Positions 1-9,675 are shown, numbered from the stretch's first letter. The stretch is DNA of 64,000 bases from Chlamydiota bacterium (GCA_051744985.1 JBNJDP010000001.1:17883-81882), one strand, 5' to 3'. Numbers and translations are program-made. Notes: generated by a model not told the origin, from the sequence alone.

Positions 1-684
1 CTCCTGGTGGTCGGAAAGCCAGCGATGTAAGCGCAAAAAAGTTTGGGCATTATTTTTGTAGCCAAGAGCCATGGCAAACCCGACGGTGAAAGGCTCTTGG
101 TAAGCATTATTAGTGAGGAACTTCTTTTTATCGGTGAGGCGACGATGGGCAGCTTTTTGAAGAAGGTCGGTAATGGCATGTTCCGAGCGTCGCCGAAAAA
201 TTTCTTGGGAGCATCGACCGCTGCCGGCGAATTTTTTATAGGGGTAGAGGTCTAAATCTATAAGCTGTACAACCCGCGCTAAAGGGATGGTCAAAATATC
301 TTCGATAAATATAGTGGGCACTTTATGACCTTGAGAGGTATAGGTGGGAGAAGGAAACTTTGCCGACCATAAACATAGGTGGAGGATAACATTGTCATAG
401 TTAGGGTCATGGTGATGGCCATGGTAGCTCCAGCTTTCAGGGCGCAGGTGGATCTCGATATCACCTCTGATAAACTTATCGCCGACTTTGAGGTGGGCCG
501 CGCGAAAGTCGGGGCCGGCTTCAGAGTTCCAGATGCCGCTAGAGATAACTTCGACAGCCTCTCCTGAAGGCAGTTTTAGTTTTCGGAAGTATTTTTGCTC
601 CACCCACATAGCATGGAGATGTCTTTCAGTAAACTTTTCTAACCCTTCCGGAACTTCTTTGGTATAGGAAGATTTTGTTTTCAT
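1..684 (-). CDS. DUF2851-like protein, 3' end truncated by the window edge
   Basis: The minus-strand frame is open from the ATG at 682-684 to position 1. I checked it codon by codon and found no stop. It is absent from the ORF track because it runs off the edge. Translation: MKTKSSYTKEVPEGLEKFTERHLHAMWVEQKYF...GIWNSEAGPDFRAAHLKVGDKFIRGDIEIHLRPESWSYHGHHHDPNYDNVILH. This resembles the DUF2851 family pattern as I remember it. Confidence 0.65.
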   Translation of the reverse strand, partial: MKTKSSYTKEVPEGLEKFTERHLHAMWVEQKYFRKLKLPSGEAVEVISSGIWNSEAGPDFRAAHLKVGDKFIRGDIEIHLRPESWSYHGHHHDPNYDNVILHLCLWSAKFPSPTYTSQGHKVPTIFIEDILTIPLARVVQLIDLDLYPYKKFAGSGRCSQEIFRRRSEHAITDLLQKAAHRRLTDKKKFLTNNAYQEPFTVGFAMALGYKNNAQTFLRLHRWLSDHQE

Positions 685-762
685 CGGATCGTGACTTTTT
701 TATTAATAGCTTGTATATTTATGGTGTACTAAAGTTCACAATTTAATGTTAAGGTGTTTTTC

Positions 763-1858
763 ATGAAGGAAGAAGTCAAAGCACTCGTAGAAGATATTGC
801 TCGTCGGTTAACGCATATGTGGGGGTATCTTTGACTTAGAGTCTAAAAAGTCCCGCCTTGCAGAGCTCGAAGAGCTGCAAGCCCAGCCTGATTTCTGGAC
901 TGACAATGATAAAGCTCAGCAGACTATTGCGGAAATCAACGATCTGCGTAGCTGGCTTAACCCTTATCACGATCTTGAGCAGCGCTTTGAAAGTGCCCGA
1001 GAGATGCTCCCCGAAGCTTATGAAAGCGAAGAACAGGAGCTTATCGATGATATTGTCCAAGAGATTTATCAGGCTGACAAAGACCTTACAGCTTTAGAAG
1101 TCCGTAAAATGCTTTCAGGCGAATTAGATAAAAAAAATTGCTACCTAAGTATCAATGCTGGTGCTGGAGGTACAGAAGCTTGTGACTGGGTTCAGATGTT
1201 GGCGCGCATGTATGAGCGGTGGGCGGCAAGGCGTGGCTGGAAAGTAGAGGTTGTTGACCAGGAAAATGGTGATGTTGCAGGACTTAAGGGTATTACCTTT
1301 AAGCTTAGCGGCGACTATACTTATGGTTACGCTAAAGCTGAGAAGGGCGTCCATCGCCTGGTGAGAATTTCGCCTTTCGATAGTAATAAACGCCGCCATA
1401 CTAGCTTTGCTTCTGTAGATGTGGCCCCTGAAATCACTGATGATATCAATATCGAGGTTAAGCCCGACGATATAAGAGTTGACACTTATCGTTCGTCGGG
1501 AGCAGGTGGGCAGCATGTTAATGTTACCGATTCAGCCGTTAGAATTACACACTTTGCTACAGGTATCGTTGTTACATGCCAGAATGAACGTAGCCAGGTG
1601 CAAAATAAAGAGACGGCGATGAAAATCCTCAAGTCAAAGCTTTATGAGAAAAAAGTTTTAGAGCGTGAAGAATCTTTGAAAGATATCGGCGGAGAGAAAA
1701 AGAAGATCGAATGGGGGAGTCAGATCCGTAATTATGTCTTCCAGCCTTATACAATGGTTAAAGATACTAGAACGAAAACAGAAAATAGCAATATCCAAGC
1801 GGTGATGGATGGAGATATCGATGATTTTGTCATCAGTTATTTAAAGGAGTACAGTTAG
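763..1858 (+). CDS. prfB: Peptide chain release factor 2, expressed through a programmed +1 frameshift
   Basis: Frame 0 runs from the ATG at 763 (MKEEVKALVEDIARRLTHMWGYL) to an in-frame TGA at 832-834. The +1 frame continues as DLESKKSRLAELEEL... into track ORF 1004..1858, which carries the SPF and GGQ motifs (RISPFDS, SGAGGQHVN). Confidence 0.97.
821..835 (+). other. RF2 autoregulatory +1 frameshift site (SD-like GGGGG, then TAT CTT TGA C)
   Basis: The sequence gggggtatctttgac is identical in its core to the E. coli prfB recoding site AGGGGGTATCTTTGAC. The shift is from CTT (829-831) to TTT, skipping into GAC (833-835). Confidence 0.95.
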
Positions 1859-1869
1859 GGGGGGAGAAA

Positions 1870-2367
1870 ATGGATGATGCCAAACTTAAAATACGCTATA
1901 CCAAATTAGATGATGTCAATTATTTGACGCAATGGCTCAAGCAGCCAGGAATGAAAAAATGCTTTCCTATGACGACGAATGAAGAGGTCCATGACGCTGC
2001 TAAGCGCTGGATATCATTCTCTAATATCGGTTGCAGCTTGACAGCTGAATATGATAAGCAACCTTGTGGGTTGGTATCTTTGTATTTGTTGCCGTACTTG
2101 CGGCTGATACATCAATGCGAGTGGGGATTGGTCGTTTCGCGGGAATATCAAGATATGGGTGTGGGAAACTTTCTGATCAATGAGATTACTAGCTTGGCTA
2201 AGGATAGCTTTAAGCTGGAGCTTCTGCATGTCCAAGTTTTTGAGCATAATAAGCGGGGGAGAGCGTTTTTCGAAAAACATGGGTATCGTGAATTTGGTAG
2301 GCAAACTCATTGGCTTAAAGATAAAAATAATTATAGCGCAAGAATATTTATGGAGAGGTTTATTTAG
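1870..2367 (+). CDS. GNAT family N-acetyltransferase
   Basis: 165 aa. Acetyl-CoA binding-type motif VVSREYQDMGVGNFLINEI (Q/R-x-x-G-x-G/A). The C-terminal FFEKHGYREFG is typical of GNAT proteins. Confidence 0.75.
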   Translation: MDDAKLKIRYTKLDDVNYLTQWLKQPGMKKCFPMTTNEEVHDAAKRWISFSNIGCSLTAEYDKQPCGLVSLYLLPYLRLIHQCEWGLVVSREYQDMGVGNFLINEITSLAKDSFKLELLHVQVFEHNKRGRAFFEKHGYREFGRQTHWLKDKNNYSARIFMERFI

Positions 2368-2369
2368 TT

Positions 2370-3086
2370 ATGGCCGGACATAGTAAATGGGCAAATATTA
2401 AGCATAAGAAAGGTCGTGCTGACGCTCAGAAAGGTAAAGTTTTTTCACGTATTGCTAAGGAAATTATCACTGCCGTTAAGGAGGGGGGGCCTGATCCTAA
2501 GTCCAACCCTCGCCTGAGGTTGGCGATGCAGAAAGCCAAAGCTGCAAACATGCCTAATGATAATGTTGACCGAAATATTGCTAAAGCTTCTAATGCCGAT
2601 CAACAAAATTATGAAGAAGTTACGTACGAAATTTATGGCCATGGTGGTGTGGGGATTATTGTTGAAGGTATGACCGACAACAAAAATCGCATAGCGTCAG
2701 ATCTTCGCATTGCTACTAACAAGCGAGGCGGGACGATAGCTAGCCCGGGTTCGGTGGCTTTTAATTTTGAACGTAAGGGAGTCATTCAGATTAATAAAGA
2801 TCAAGCTGCCGAGGAAGATCTTTTAGAGTTGGCCATCGACAGCGGTGCTGAAGATTTTGAAGCCTTGGATGACATATATATGGTTACTACTGCCCCTGCT
2901 GATCTGTATGCTGTTAAAGAAGCTTTAGAGGGCCACGATATAGAGTGTCCGGAAGCTAACTTGGAGATGATCCCTAAGGTATTAGTAGCTTGTGATAAGG
3001 ATACTCTTCAAGCTAACCAAGCTTTAATAGAGTGGTTGGAAGATCTCGATGATGTCGACAACGTCTATCATAATATGGAAGACTAA
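2370..3086 (+). CDS. yebC: YebC/PmpR family DNA-binding transcriptional regulator
   Basis: 238 aa. The N-terminus MAGHSKWANIKHKKGRADAQKGKVFSRIAKEI is the family hallmark. Confidence 0.95.
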   Translation: MAGHSKWANIKHKKGRADAQKGKVFSRIAKEIITAVKEGGPDPKSNPRLRLAMQKAKAANMPNDNVDRNIAKASNADQQNYEEVTYEIYGHGGVGIIVEGMTDNKNRIASDLRIATNKRGGTIASPGSVAFNFERKGVIQINKDQAAEEDLLELAIDSGAEDFEALDDIYMVTTAPADLYAVKEALEGHDIECPEANLEMIPKVLVACDKDTLQANQALIEWLEDLDDVDNVYHNMED

Positions 3087-3087
3087 A

Positions 3088-3679
3088 TTAAGCGTGGTGG
3101 CGACGAAATTCCCTGATCCTTATCAAAGCTGTTATGAATACCATGATAGTGAATATTGCAGCTAGGTTATTAAAGTGTTGGGGAAGCAGGATCATCGCGC
3201 TGAAAAAGATGAAAGCTTCTGTACGTTCCATAATCCCGGCACTGTAGCTGAAGCTCTTCTTAGACGTATTTTCGCTGAAAATCCCTACTACCAAAAATGT
3301 TGTTATGCATATCAAAATGCTACCCAGCATTAATAAGGAAAGCAAATGACGCTCTTGAGGGGCATAAGCATACAGCCCCAGCACAGTAGCTAATTCGACC
3401 AGGCGGTCGGAGGTGATATCGTAAACGGTGCCCAATGATGTAGGCCGATTTTGAAGCCTCGCTAGGCTGCCATCAAGAGTATCACAGTACCCTGAAGTTG
3501 CTAGGCAGATAAAGGGCTGCCCACTTTAAGTGATAATAGAGGAGGGGCAGCACCATCACCCCTGAAAGCGTAGCTATAAAGGTGATGAAGTTGGGGGTAA
3601 GATGGCAGCGAGCTAGTAAGTTGACGGCAGGGTTTACTAATAGGTTTTGATATGGTGAACGGCAATGGGTGTCGATCAT
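3088..3679 (-). pseudogene. CDP-alcohol phosphatidyltransferase family gene interrupted by a frameshift (or a sequencing error)
   Basis: Two track ORFs (3482..3679 and 3088..3435) lie in different frames. Extending the downstream frame upstream gives ...FICLATSGYCDTLDGSLARLQNRPTSLGTVYDITSDRLVE. This is the DG-x2-AR-x8-G-x3-D-x3-D signature, and it spans the gap between the two ORFs. The frames can be joined by skipping one base near the aaaggg run at 3511-3516. Confidence 0.7.
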
Positions 3680-4380
3680 TGTTTTCTGCTTTTTTTGATA
3701 TACTTTTTTATGAATGTCGGCACCAAGATAAATACTCCCAAAGCTGCTAAAGCGATCTTGACATCGGTATTGAAAAGGGCTTGAACCGATAAAGGCTCTT
3801 CAGACTCCAAAATAGCTCCTATCCCTGTACCTGTTTGGGTGAAGACGAATGTTCCCGGAATAACGCCTAGGAAAGTTGTCCAAAAGAAGACTTTAAGAGA
3901 GACATCAAAGACAGCAGGAGCGATGTTTATCAGCCAGAAAGGGAATATTGGTATCATCCTTAAAAATAGCAGGTAGCTGATAGCGTCATCATTAAAACCG
4001 TTCTTCATCTTTTTGAGTTTCGGCCCTGCACGTTTTTTTAGGGAGTCTCCGAGAGCGCTGCGTGTTGCCATAAAGATCGCTACGGCACCGATGGTAGAAC
4101 CTATTACAGCGTAGATGGTGCTAAAGGGTTGCTCGAAGATAAACCCTGCGCTAAGAGTTAAAAAAATAGCTCCCGGAATGGAAAGAGCAACAACAATGAT
4201 ATAGATGATGATAAATGTTAAAGGAGCGGCATAAGGGTGTTGGTCGACATAAGTTAATATTTCATGGCGATAATCTTTAATGGTTTCGATCTTCAGGAAA
4301 TTGTCTAGGCCACTTACATATACGGCAGCCATTAAAGTTATTATGATGGCAATAGGTATAAAACGGCGATATTTTTTCAT
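3676..4380 (-). CDS. TVP38/TMEM64 (DedA superfamily, VTT domain) membrane protein
   Basis: 234 aa with multiple hydrophobic spans. The pattern ...LSIPGAIFLTLSAGFIF...LRMIPIFPFWLINIAPAVF is typical of the family. It has 4-nt start/stop overlaps with both neighbouring genes. Confidence 0.85.
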   Translation of the reverse strand: MKKYRRFIPIAIIITLMAAVYVSGLDNFLKIETIKDYRHEILTYVDQHPYAAPLTFIIIYIIVVALSIPGAIFLTLSAGFIFEQPFSTIYAVIGSTIGAVAIFMATRSALGDSLKKRAGPKLKKMKNGFNDDAISYLLFLRMIPIFPFWLINIAPAVFDVSLKVFFWTTFLGVIPGTFVFTQTGTGIGAILESEEPLSVQALFNTDVKIALAALGVFILVPTFIKKYIKKSRKQ

Positions 4381-5822
4381 GATCTTGGTTTTAAGATAGG
4401 TAAGATGGTTTCTTTAAGCCAGAGGTCAGCAGTTTTTCGAATTGCCAAGGTATATGTAGGGTATGGATGAATGATCTTTGCAAGCTTTCTTAAAGACATT
4501 TTGGCGTGCATGGCGGTAACGATCTCCATGATCATCTCTCCGGCTCTTTCTCCTACTATGGTAGCTCCTAAGATACGACTAGACCATTTTTTGGTGATAA
4601 CTTTCACCAGCCCTTTCTGGTGGCCAGCGGTGATAGCTCTGTCGAGATCCTTAAAGTCAAAGAGATAGACAGCAATTTTTTTTGTGCCGTAACGCTGGCG
4701 GGCTTCTTCTTCCGAGAGCCCTACAGCCGCTACTTCAGGAGCTGTAAAAGTTGTCCGGGGCAGAAGTTGGTGAAAGGCAACTTTCTTCTTGAAATACCAG
4801 GGCAAAAGAAGGCTAGTGAGAACACTGCGTGCTTGGCTTTCGGCCCAATGAGAAAAATAAGGAGGGCCGATAGCATCGCCGACAGCCCAGATATTTTTCT
4901 GAGAAGAACGTCCATATTGATCGACTTCCACGCCACCACGAGAGGAATAGTCGATTTCTGCAAATTCCAAATCTAGATCGTAGATGTTAGGGCTATGCCC
5001 CGTGGCTATTAAAAGCTCGTCGCAAGCCACGATTTGGTTAATTTTACTATTTTTATCTTCTATGGTAAGCAGGGTTTCCGAATTGTTATTTTCGACACTA
5101 ACAATGTTATGGTTGAGAAAGAGTGAGATGCCTTCTTGGCAGAAAGAAGAGGTTATCATCTCCTGAGCTTCAGGTTCTTCTTTATTGAGGATTGTTGGAG
5201 AATGTTGTATGATGCTTACCTGTGATCCCAAGCGTTGGAAAGCTTGGGCTATCTCACAGCCTATAGCTCCACCTCCGATGATAGCTAACCTTGAAGGGAC
5301 GTGGTCTAGATTAAAAATCGTCTGGTTGGTGAGATAGGGGATATCTTTTAGTCCCGGAATAGGCGGGATGGTGGGGAGAGATCCCGTGGCGATAACAATA
5401 TCGTTTCCTGATATTACTTCTTCGGAGCCATCATTATAGGTGATGAGAATACTATGAGTGTTTTGCAAGGAAGCTTTACCAGTGAAGGTAGTGATACCTT
5501 TAGCTTGGAGGGCTTCGGCGTCGCCGTGGCTACGAACCTCTTGGATATTATTTTTTATGTGAGTGAAGACTCCAGAAGTTTCTAATGCGAGAGGTTCAGG
5601 TAGTTGTATTCCTCGTTGCGCAGCTTCTCGGATAAGATGAGCGCTGTGGGCGCTGTCGATCAACGTCTTACTGGGGATGCAGCCAAAATTTGTGCAGTCT
5701 CCGCCATAGGGGCCGTGGTCGATTATAGCAACTTTTTTTCCTGCGGCAGCGGCTCCTATAGCTACTACCAATCCACCTGCACCTGCACCGATAACCGCTA
5801 TATCATAATCATATCCAGCCAT
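4377..5822 (-). CDS. FAD-dependent pyridine nucleotide-disulfide oxidoreductase (dihydrolipoyl dehydrogenase / mercuric reductase-like)
   Basis: 481 aa. It has an N-terminal GxGxxG motif (VIGAGAGG), a redox-active disulfide motif (GGDCTNFGCIPSK), a second dinucleotide fold (IIGGGAIGCE) and a C-terminal dimerisation region (HPYPTY). Confidence 0.9.
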   Translation of the reverse strand: MAGYDYDIAVIGAGAGGLVVAIGAAAAGKKVAIIDHGPYGGDCTNFGCIPSKTLIDSAHSAHLIREAAQRGIQLPEPLALETSGVFTHIKNNIQEVRSHGDAEALQAKGITTFTGKASLQNTHSILITYNDGSEEVISGNDIVIATGSLPTIPPIPGLKDIPYLTNQTIFNLDHVPSRLAIIGGGAIGCEIAQAFQRLGSQVSIIQHSPTILNKEEPEAQEMITSSFCQEGISLFLNHNIVSVENNNSETLLTIEDKNSKINQIVACDELLIATGHSPNIYDLDLEFAEIDYSSRGGVEVDQYGRSSQKNIWAVGDAIGPPYFSHWAESQARSVLTSLLLPWYFKKKVAFHQLLPRTTFTAPEVAAVGLSEEEARQRYGTKKIAVYLFDFKDLDRAITAGHQKGLVKVITKKWSSRILGATIVGERAGEMIMEIVTAMHAKMSLRKLAKIIHPYPTYTLAIRKTADLWLKETILPILKPRS

Positions 5823-5879
5823 AGCCTGCCCCCATGTTGTTTGAAATTGACAATAACGTAACTGAATTATTTCAACAAC

Positions 5880-6197
5880 TTATCTTACAGGAATCCAGTG
5901 AGCGGCATCGCGTAATTCTCGGAATTTTCTTCTGCTGCTACGAGGATTGACGATATTTTTACGGCTTTTTTTAAGCTTGTATTTGAGGTCGGCGATGATT
6001 TCCTGGTATTTCTCCCATAGGCTGGCACTAAAGTTTTCGGGGTGGGTTAAAAACCGTTCCAGTTCCTGTGGTAGAACACCTATCTGATCGTGTAGTTCCG
6101 CCGTTTCCCTTTCCATAGCTTCTAGCTCACGATTAAGTTGCTTAAGCTTGTATTCTTCGGCAGCGATTTTGTTTTCTAAATTGCTGTCAGTTAACAT
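5880..6197 (-). CDS. Hypothetical coiled-coil protein
   Basis: Track ORF 5880..6296. I prefer the internal ATG at 6195-6197 (MLTDSNLENKIAAEEYKLKQLNRELEAMERE...). The TTG at 6296 would leave only 18 bp to the divergent gene at 6315. No family was recognised. Confidence 0.45.
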   Translation of the reverse strand: MLTDSNLENKIAAEEYKLKQLNRELEAMERETAELHDQIGVLPQELERFLTHPENFSASLWEKYQEIIADLKYKLKKSRKNIVNPRSSRRKFRELRDAAHWIPVR

Positions 6198-6314
6198 AAA
6201 AAACACCTTTGCAGTAAAGTAAAGAATAGCCAATTGTAGGAGAGTGTTTAATTTATTGCTAGTCATTAAGAGTAGTAAATTATACACTAGCGCCAAAAAT
6301 AGAAGGCTTTACTT

Positions 6315-6806
6315 ATGTTGATTATTATAGCTTTGTCATTATTAAGCGGCATAATGGGCATGTTGCTGGTATGGGGTATTGAAAAGTTTGTAATATTTCA
6401 CATCGGGCTGGAGAAGAGGAACTCAGGATCTTCGGATAATTTGCTAGCAAAATTCCAGGAACGACTAAGACGTTATTTCCAAGACCAGCTTTCTATGGAA
6501 GAGGCTCCTCTCAGAAAAGAATTAGATACCATTGCTGAAGATACTCTGGAAGGTTATTTCGTGAAGGTTAAAGAAGAGATCCCCATGGCACGAATGGTAC
6601 TTAAAGGGGATCTAGCGGACAGTTTGAAGGGCTTAGCAAAGCAGGAACTTTATAAGGTCCTCCCACGGATAGCATGCAAACTCTTCGATAAAGCACTCCT
6701 TAGGCTTATGGATAAGCGGCTTCCTCGTTGGGGGTACCTACTCGGCTTTGCGGTAGGATTCCTCTGGGGGCTCACCCTGGCTCTTTTCACTTTGATAATG
6801 ACTTAG
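6315..6806 (+). CDS. Hypothetical membrane protein (hydrophobic N- and C-terminal segments)
   Basis: 163 aa. It has an N-terminal hydrophobic helix (LIIIALSLLSGIMGMLLVWGI), a C-terminal one (GYLLGFAVGFLWGLTLALFTLIM) and a charged helical middle. No family was recognised. Confidence 0.5.
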   Translation: MLIIIALSLLSGIMGMLLVWGIEKFVIFHIGLEKRNSGSSDNLLAKFQERLRRYFQDQLSMEEAPLRKELDTIAEDTLEGYFVKVKEEIPMARMVLKGDLADSLKGLAKQELYKVLPRIACKLFDKALLRLMDKRLPRWGYLLGFAVGFLWGLTLALFTLIMT

Positions 6807-9671
6807 ATCTTGGAGATCTTGTAGATTCTTTAGGGGTGTGTATTCGAAGCTGTCACCTTCCATAACTCCCCTTATCAATAAAGCTGCTCGCTGGTGGTTA
6901 TTACGATCAAGTTGACGATGGGCAAAGGCGGTAAATTCTTCGAAGGTTAGCGCCTTTAAAGCTTCAATATGTTTAGTGCGCCGGCCAAAGTCAGCTTCGT
7001 ATTCCGTAATTATATGATATAGATCATCACCCATTTCTAAGTAGTTTTGAGGAAGATCTTCCAAGGTTTTGATGCGCGCCTGTCTAATGCTTTCAAAAGA
7101 TTTATTGTCGATACCGTCGGGTTTTCCTAGCTCTTGAAGGAACCCTTCTAAAAATTGTTCATAGCGCATCAATAGTTCTTTAGGACGGTGGGTGGCTGAC
7201 AAAGAAAAAAATAGCATGTATAGGTGGTTCTCTAATTCTAAGGCTTGGCTTTTAACTAAGTAGCCTGTTTGCTGCTGAGTGCGCAAGGCATAGAAAAAAG
7301 GGTCATCGATACTTTTTGCGAGGATATCCTGTGCCGCTAACTTAGGAAAGTCAAGGTTGCCTTGGTCGAATAATAGTATTGCAGCATTACCGTGCTCGGG
7401 AATATCAAAGGTCAAGCTATAGGGGCCACTATCAGTCGGTAACTCAACAACTTTTGGGTGATAGTGATATTCGATAGGATAGGGTAAGTATTTTAAGCTA
7501 TTATATATTTCTTCCCATAATTGCTGTCCTTCCTCGGCAGTGATATTACCGTAGAAAAGTCCTTCGGTATAGGCTTGGTCGAAGAGGTGTTCGATAAAAT
7601 TATTCAGGTCTTCCAACTTTAGATTCTCCAAGACCTTTGCTTTTTGGGCAGCAGAAGTATAATCTTGGATGGTGAGCTGGCGTAATTTTTCTAAACCTTG
7701 TTGGATAGGGGTTTCCTTATAAAAATTACGTAAATTTTCGAGCATTGCAGCCTTGTAATTTTCAAACTGTTGAGGCGTAATTTTTAAATGTTGCAGCTCG
7801 GCACAGATAGCTTTTAAGAGTGTGGAAGCCGTGGCACTATAGCCATAAACTTCGATCTCAATGCCATTTTGTCTGATGTTTATTTCATAATTTAATCCTG
7901 CTTGTAATGCCTGGTCAAGTTGGGGTAGAAGAATGTCATTGATAATTTTAATATAAAGGTTGCCGAGGACAAAGCTGCGAGGGTTATAAGCTTGGAGTGC
8001 GGGAGTTTTAAGGTATATTTTTAAAAATGATTCTGGCACTAGGTAGTATTTGTCAGTAGAGAAGTAAATTTGGGCATGAGAATTATCGATAATAAGCTCC
8101 GGCGTCGGCCATGCTTGTTGGTTTTCATACGCATTCTGGAGTTCGAGATTTTCAGGGATAAAGTTGTTGGGCGGGGGGATGCTTATATCAGCAAGAGGAG
8201 CTGCTTGAGACCAACGATGTAGGGTTTCAGAAGGTACAGGCTCAGTAGAATACTTAACGCCGTACCATTGTTCGGTGTTGCTTAAAGTTTTCTTGATTAT
8301 AGCAGGGTCGGCAACAACCATAAAATAACAGTTCCGAGGAGATAAGTAATCGAGAAGCTCTTGGTTAGCTTGGGGGTTGAAGCTTTGGAGTATCGATGTT
8401 CTTTCAGGAAATGTTGTTAGATCTTCATATATGGTATTGTCAGCCAGTGATGCTACATGAGAAGCTACTTGAGGCCGAGATTGATATTGGTAATTAAGAA
8501 GATCGATTTGTTTTTGTTCTTTAAAAAGATACGATGGCACACCTTGTTGACGTAGGTCTGCTATAGCTTGAAAGCACTTTTCGATAACTTTTTGGTAATC
8601 GGAGAGTCCTTCTTTAGTGAGGTCGATTTCGATGAAAAAGAGCTTGTTGTGTGAAGATAGTCTATAAGAAAAAGTTGTTAGATCGTCGATAAGGTTGAGG
8701 TCTTTGAGATGCTGGCGCAAGCTGTTAGAGCCGGCATGGCCTAAAGCTTCTTTGACAACAAGATCAGGCTTAGAGTCTTGCAGTTCAGCGATCGTTGGAG
8801 GTATTTCCCATACTAGAAGTAGCTGCTTAGTATCTCTGATAGGTTCGATAAAAATATAATGATTTTGATTTTGAGGATCTATCATCGGGCTAGCTTGTTC
8901 CCAGCGAGGTAGCTGGTAGTCAGGGACTTTGCTAAACATCTCGACGACCGTCTTTTGTAACTCTTCTAAAGGAAGATAGGAATATACGACGAGATGCATT
9001 AGGTTGGCACTGTAGTGGTCGCGGTACCATAGTTGAAGATCTTCAGCTGTAAGAGATGAGAGCGTCTCAATATTTCCGGTGCCAAAACGGCTAAAAGGGT
9101 GGTCGGGAGCGCCAAGTTCTTCTAAAACAGCTAGAAGGCGCCAAGTATCGTTTTCAAGGTTACGATGATGCTCTTGGTCGACAGCATGGCGTTCTCGTTC
9201 CATCCCTGAGCGGTTGAAAAGAGGAGCGATAAAAAAGTTTCCAAAGCGGTCGAAAGCTTCGTCAAAAGAGTTATTGTTAATAGAAAAAAAATAAGTGGTG
9301 TTTAAGTCTGCGGTATAAGCGTTGGCTGTTCCGCCATGTTGTCGGATATATTTAAAAAAACCCATTTCTTCAGGGTACTTTTTATTGCCCAAAAAAAGCA
9401 TGTGTTCGGTGAAATGTGCTAATCCGGGAGTTTCTTGGGGGTTAAGCCATGAGCCTGCTTCAACCATCAAAGCAGCTCCAGAATCTTTAGTGCTGGGGTC
9501 GGAGATTAAATAGGCTTCTAAGCCGTTGGCTAGCCTGAGTTTTGTGGTTTGGCGCTCCTGGAGCGAAGGGGTTAGGATAGGGATATGGGTCTGATCTTCA
9601 ACATTGTAAGTTTGTTCCTCGGGGAAAACCAGTTGTGCCAAACTTAACAGCACTATTAAAAAACGACGCAT
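6738..9671 (-). CDS. M16 (insulinase/pitrilysin) family zinc peptidase, secreted
   Basis: 977 aa. It has a signal-like N-terminus (MRRFLIVLLSLAQLVF) and the inverted zinc motif HxxEH in GLAHFTEHMLFLG. Confidence 0.9.
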   Translation of the reverse strand: MRRFLIVLLSLAQLVFPEEQTYNVEDQTHIPILTPSLQERQTTKLRLANGLEAYLISDPSTKDSGAALMVEAGSWLNPQETPGLAHFTEHMLFLGNKKYPEEMGFFKYIRQHGGTANAYTADLNTTYFFSINNNSFDEAFDRFGNFFIAPLFNRSGMERERHAVDQEHHRNLENDTWRLLAVLEELGAPDHPFSRFGTGNIETLSSLTAEDLQLWYRDHYSANLMHLVVYSYLPLEELQKTVVEMFSKVPDYQLPRWEQASPMIDPQNQNHYIFIEPIRDTKQLLLVWEIPPTIAELQDSKPDLVVKEALGHAGSNSLRQHLKDLNLIDDLTTFSYRLSSHNKLFFIEIDLTKEGLSDYQKVIEKCFQAIADLRQQGVPSYLFKEQKQIDLLNYQYQSRPQVASHVASLADNTIYEDLTTFPERTSILQSFNPQANQELLDYLSPRNCYFMVVADPAIIKKTLSNTEQWYGVKYSTEPVPSETLHRWSQAAPLADISIPPPNNFIPENLELQNAYENQQAWPTPELIIDNSHAQIYFSTDKYYLVPESFLKIYLKTPALQAYNPRSFVLGNLYIKIINDILLPQLDQALQAGLNYEINIRQNGIEIEVYGYSATASTLLKAICAELQHLKITPQQFENYKAAMLENLRNFYKETPIQQGLEKLRQLTIQDYTSAAQKAKVLENLKLEDLNNFIEHLFDQAYTEGLFYGNITAEEGQQLWEEIYNSLKYLPYPIEYHYHPKVVELPTDSGPYSLTFDIPEHGNAAILLFDQGNLDFPKLAAQDILAKSIDDPFFYALRTQQQTGYLVKSQALELENHLYMLFFSLSATHRPKELLMRYEQFLEGFLQELGKPDGIDNKSFESIRQARIKTLEDLPQNYLEMGDDLYHIITEYEADFGRRTKHIEALKALTFEEFTAFAHRQLDRNNHQRAALLIRGVMEGDSFEYTPLKNLQDLQDLSHYQSEKSQGEPPEESYRKAE

Positions 9672-9675
9672 GGTT

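Noticed and set aside
1145-1516. 123-aa minus-strand ORF inside prfB
   Set aside because: It lies entirely antisense to a strongly supported gene. It has low-complexity composition and no motif. It is a typical shadow ORF.
5880-6296. TTG start at 6296 for the coiled-coil ORF
   Set aside because: It would leave only 18 bp for two divergent promoters, and it adds a hydrophobic, Leu-rich segment that looks non-coding. I preferred the ATG at 6197. This remains uncertain.
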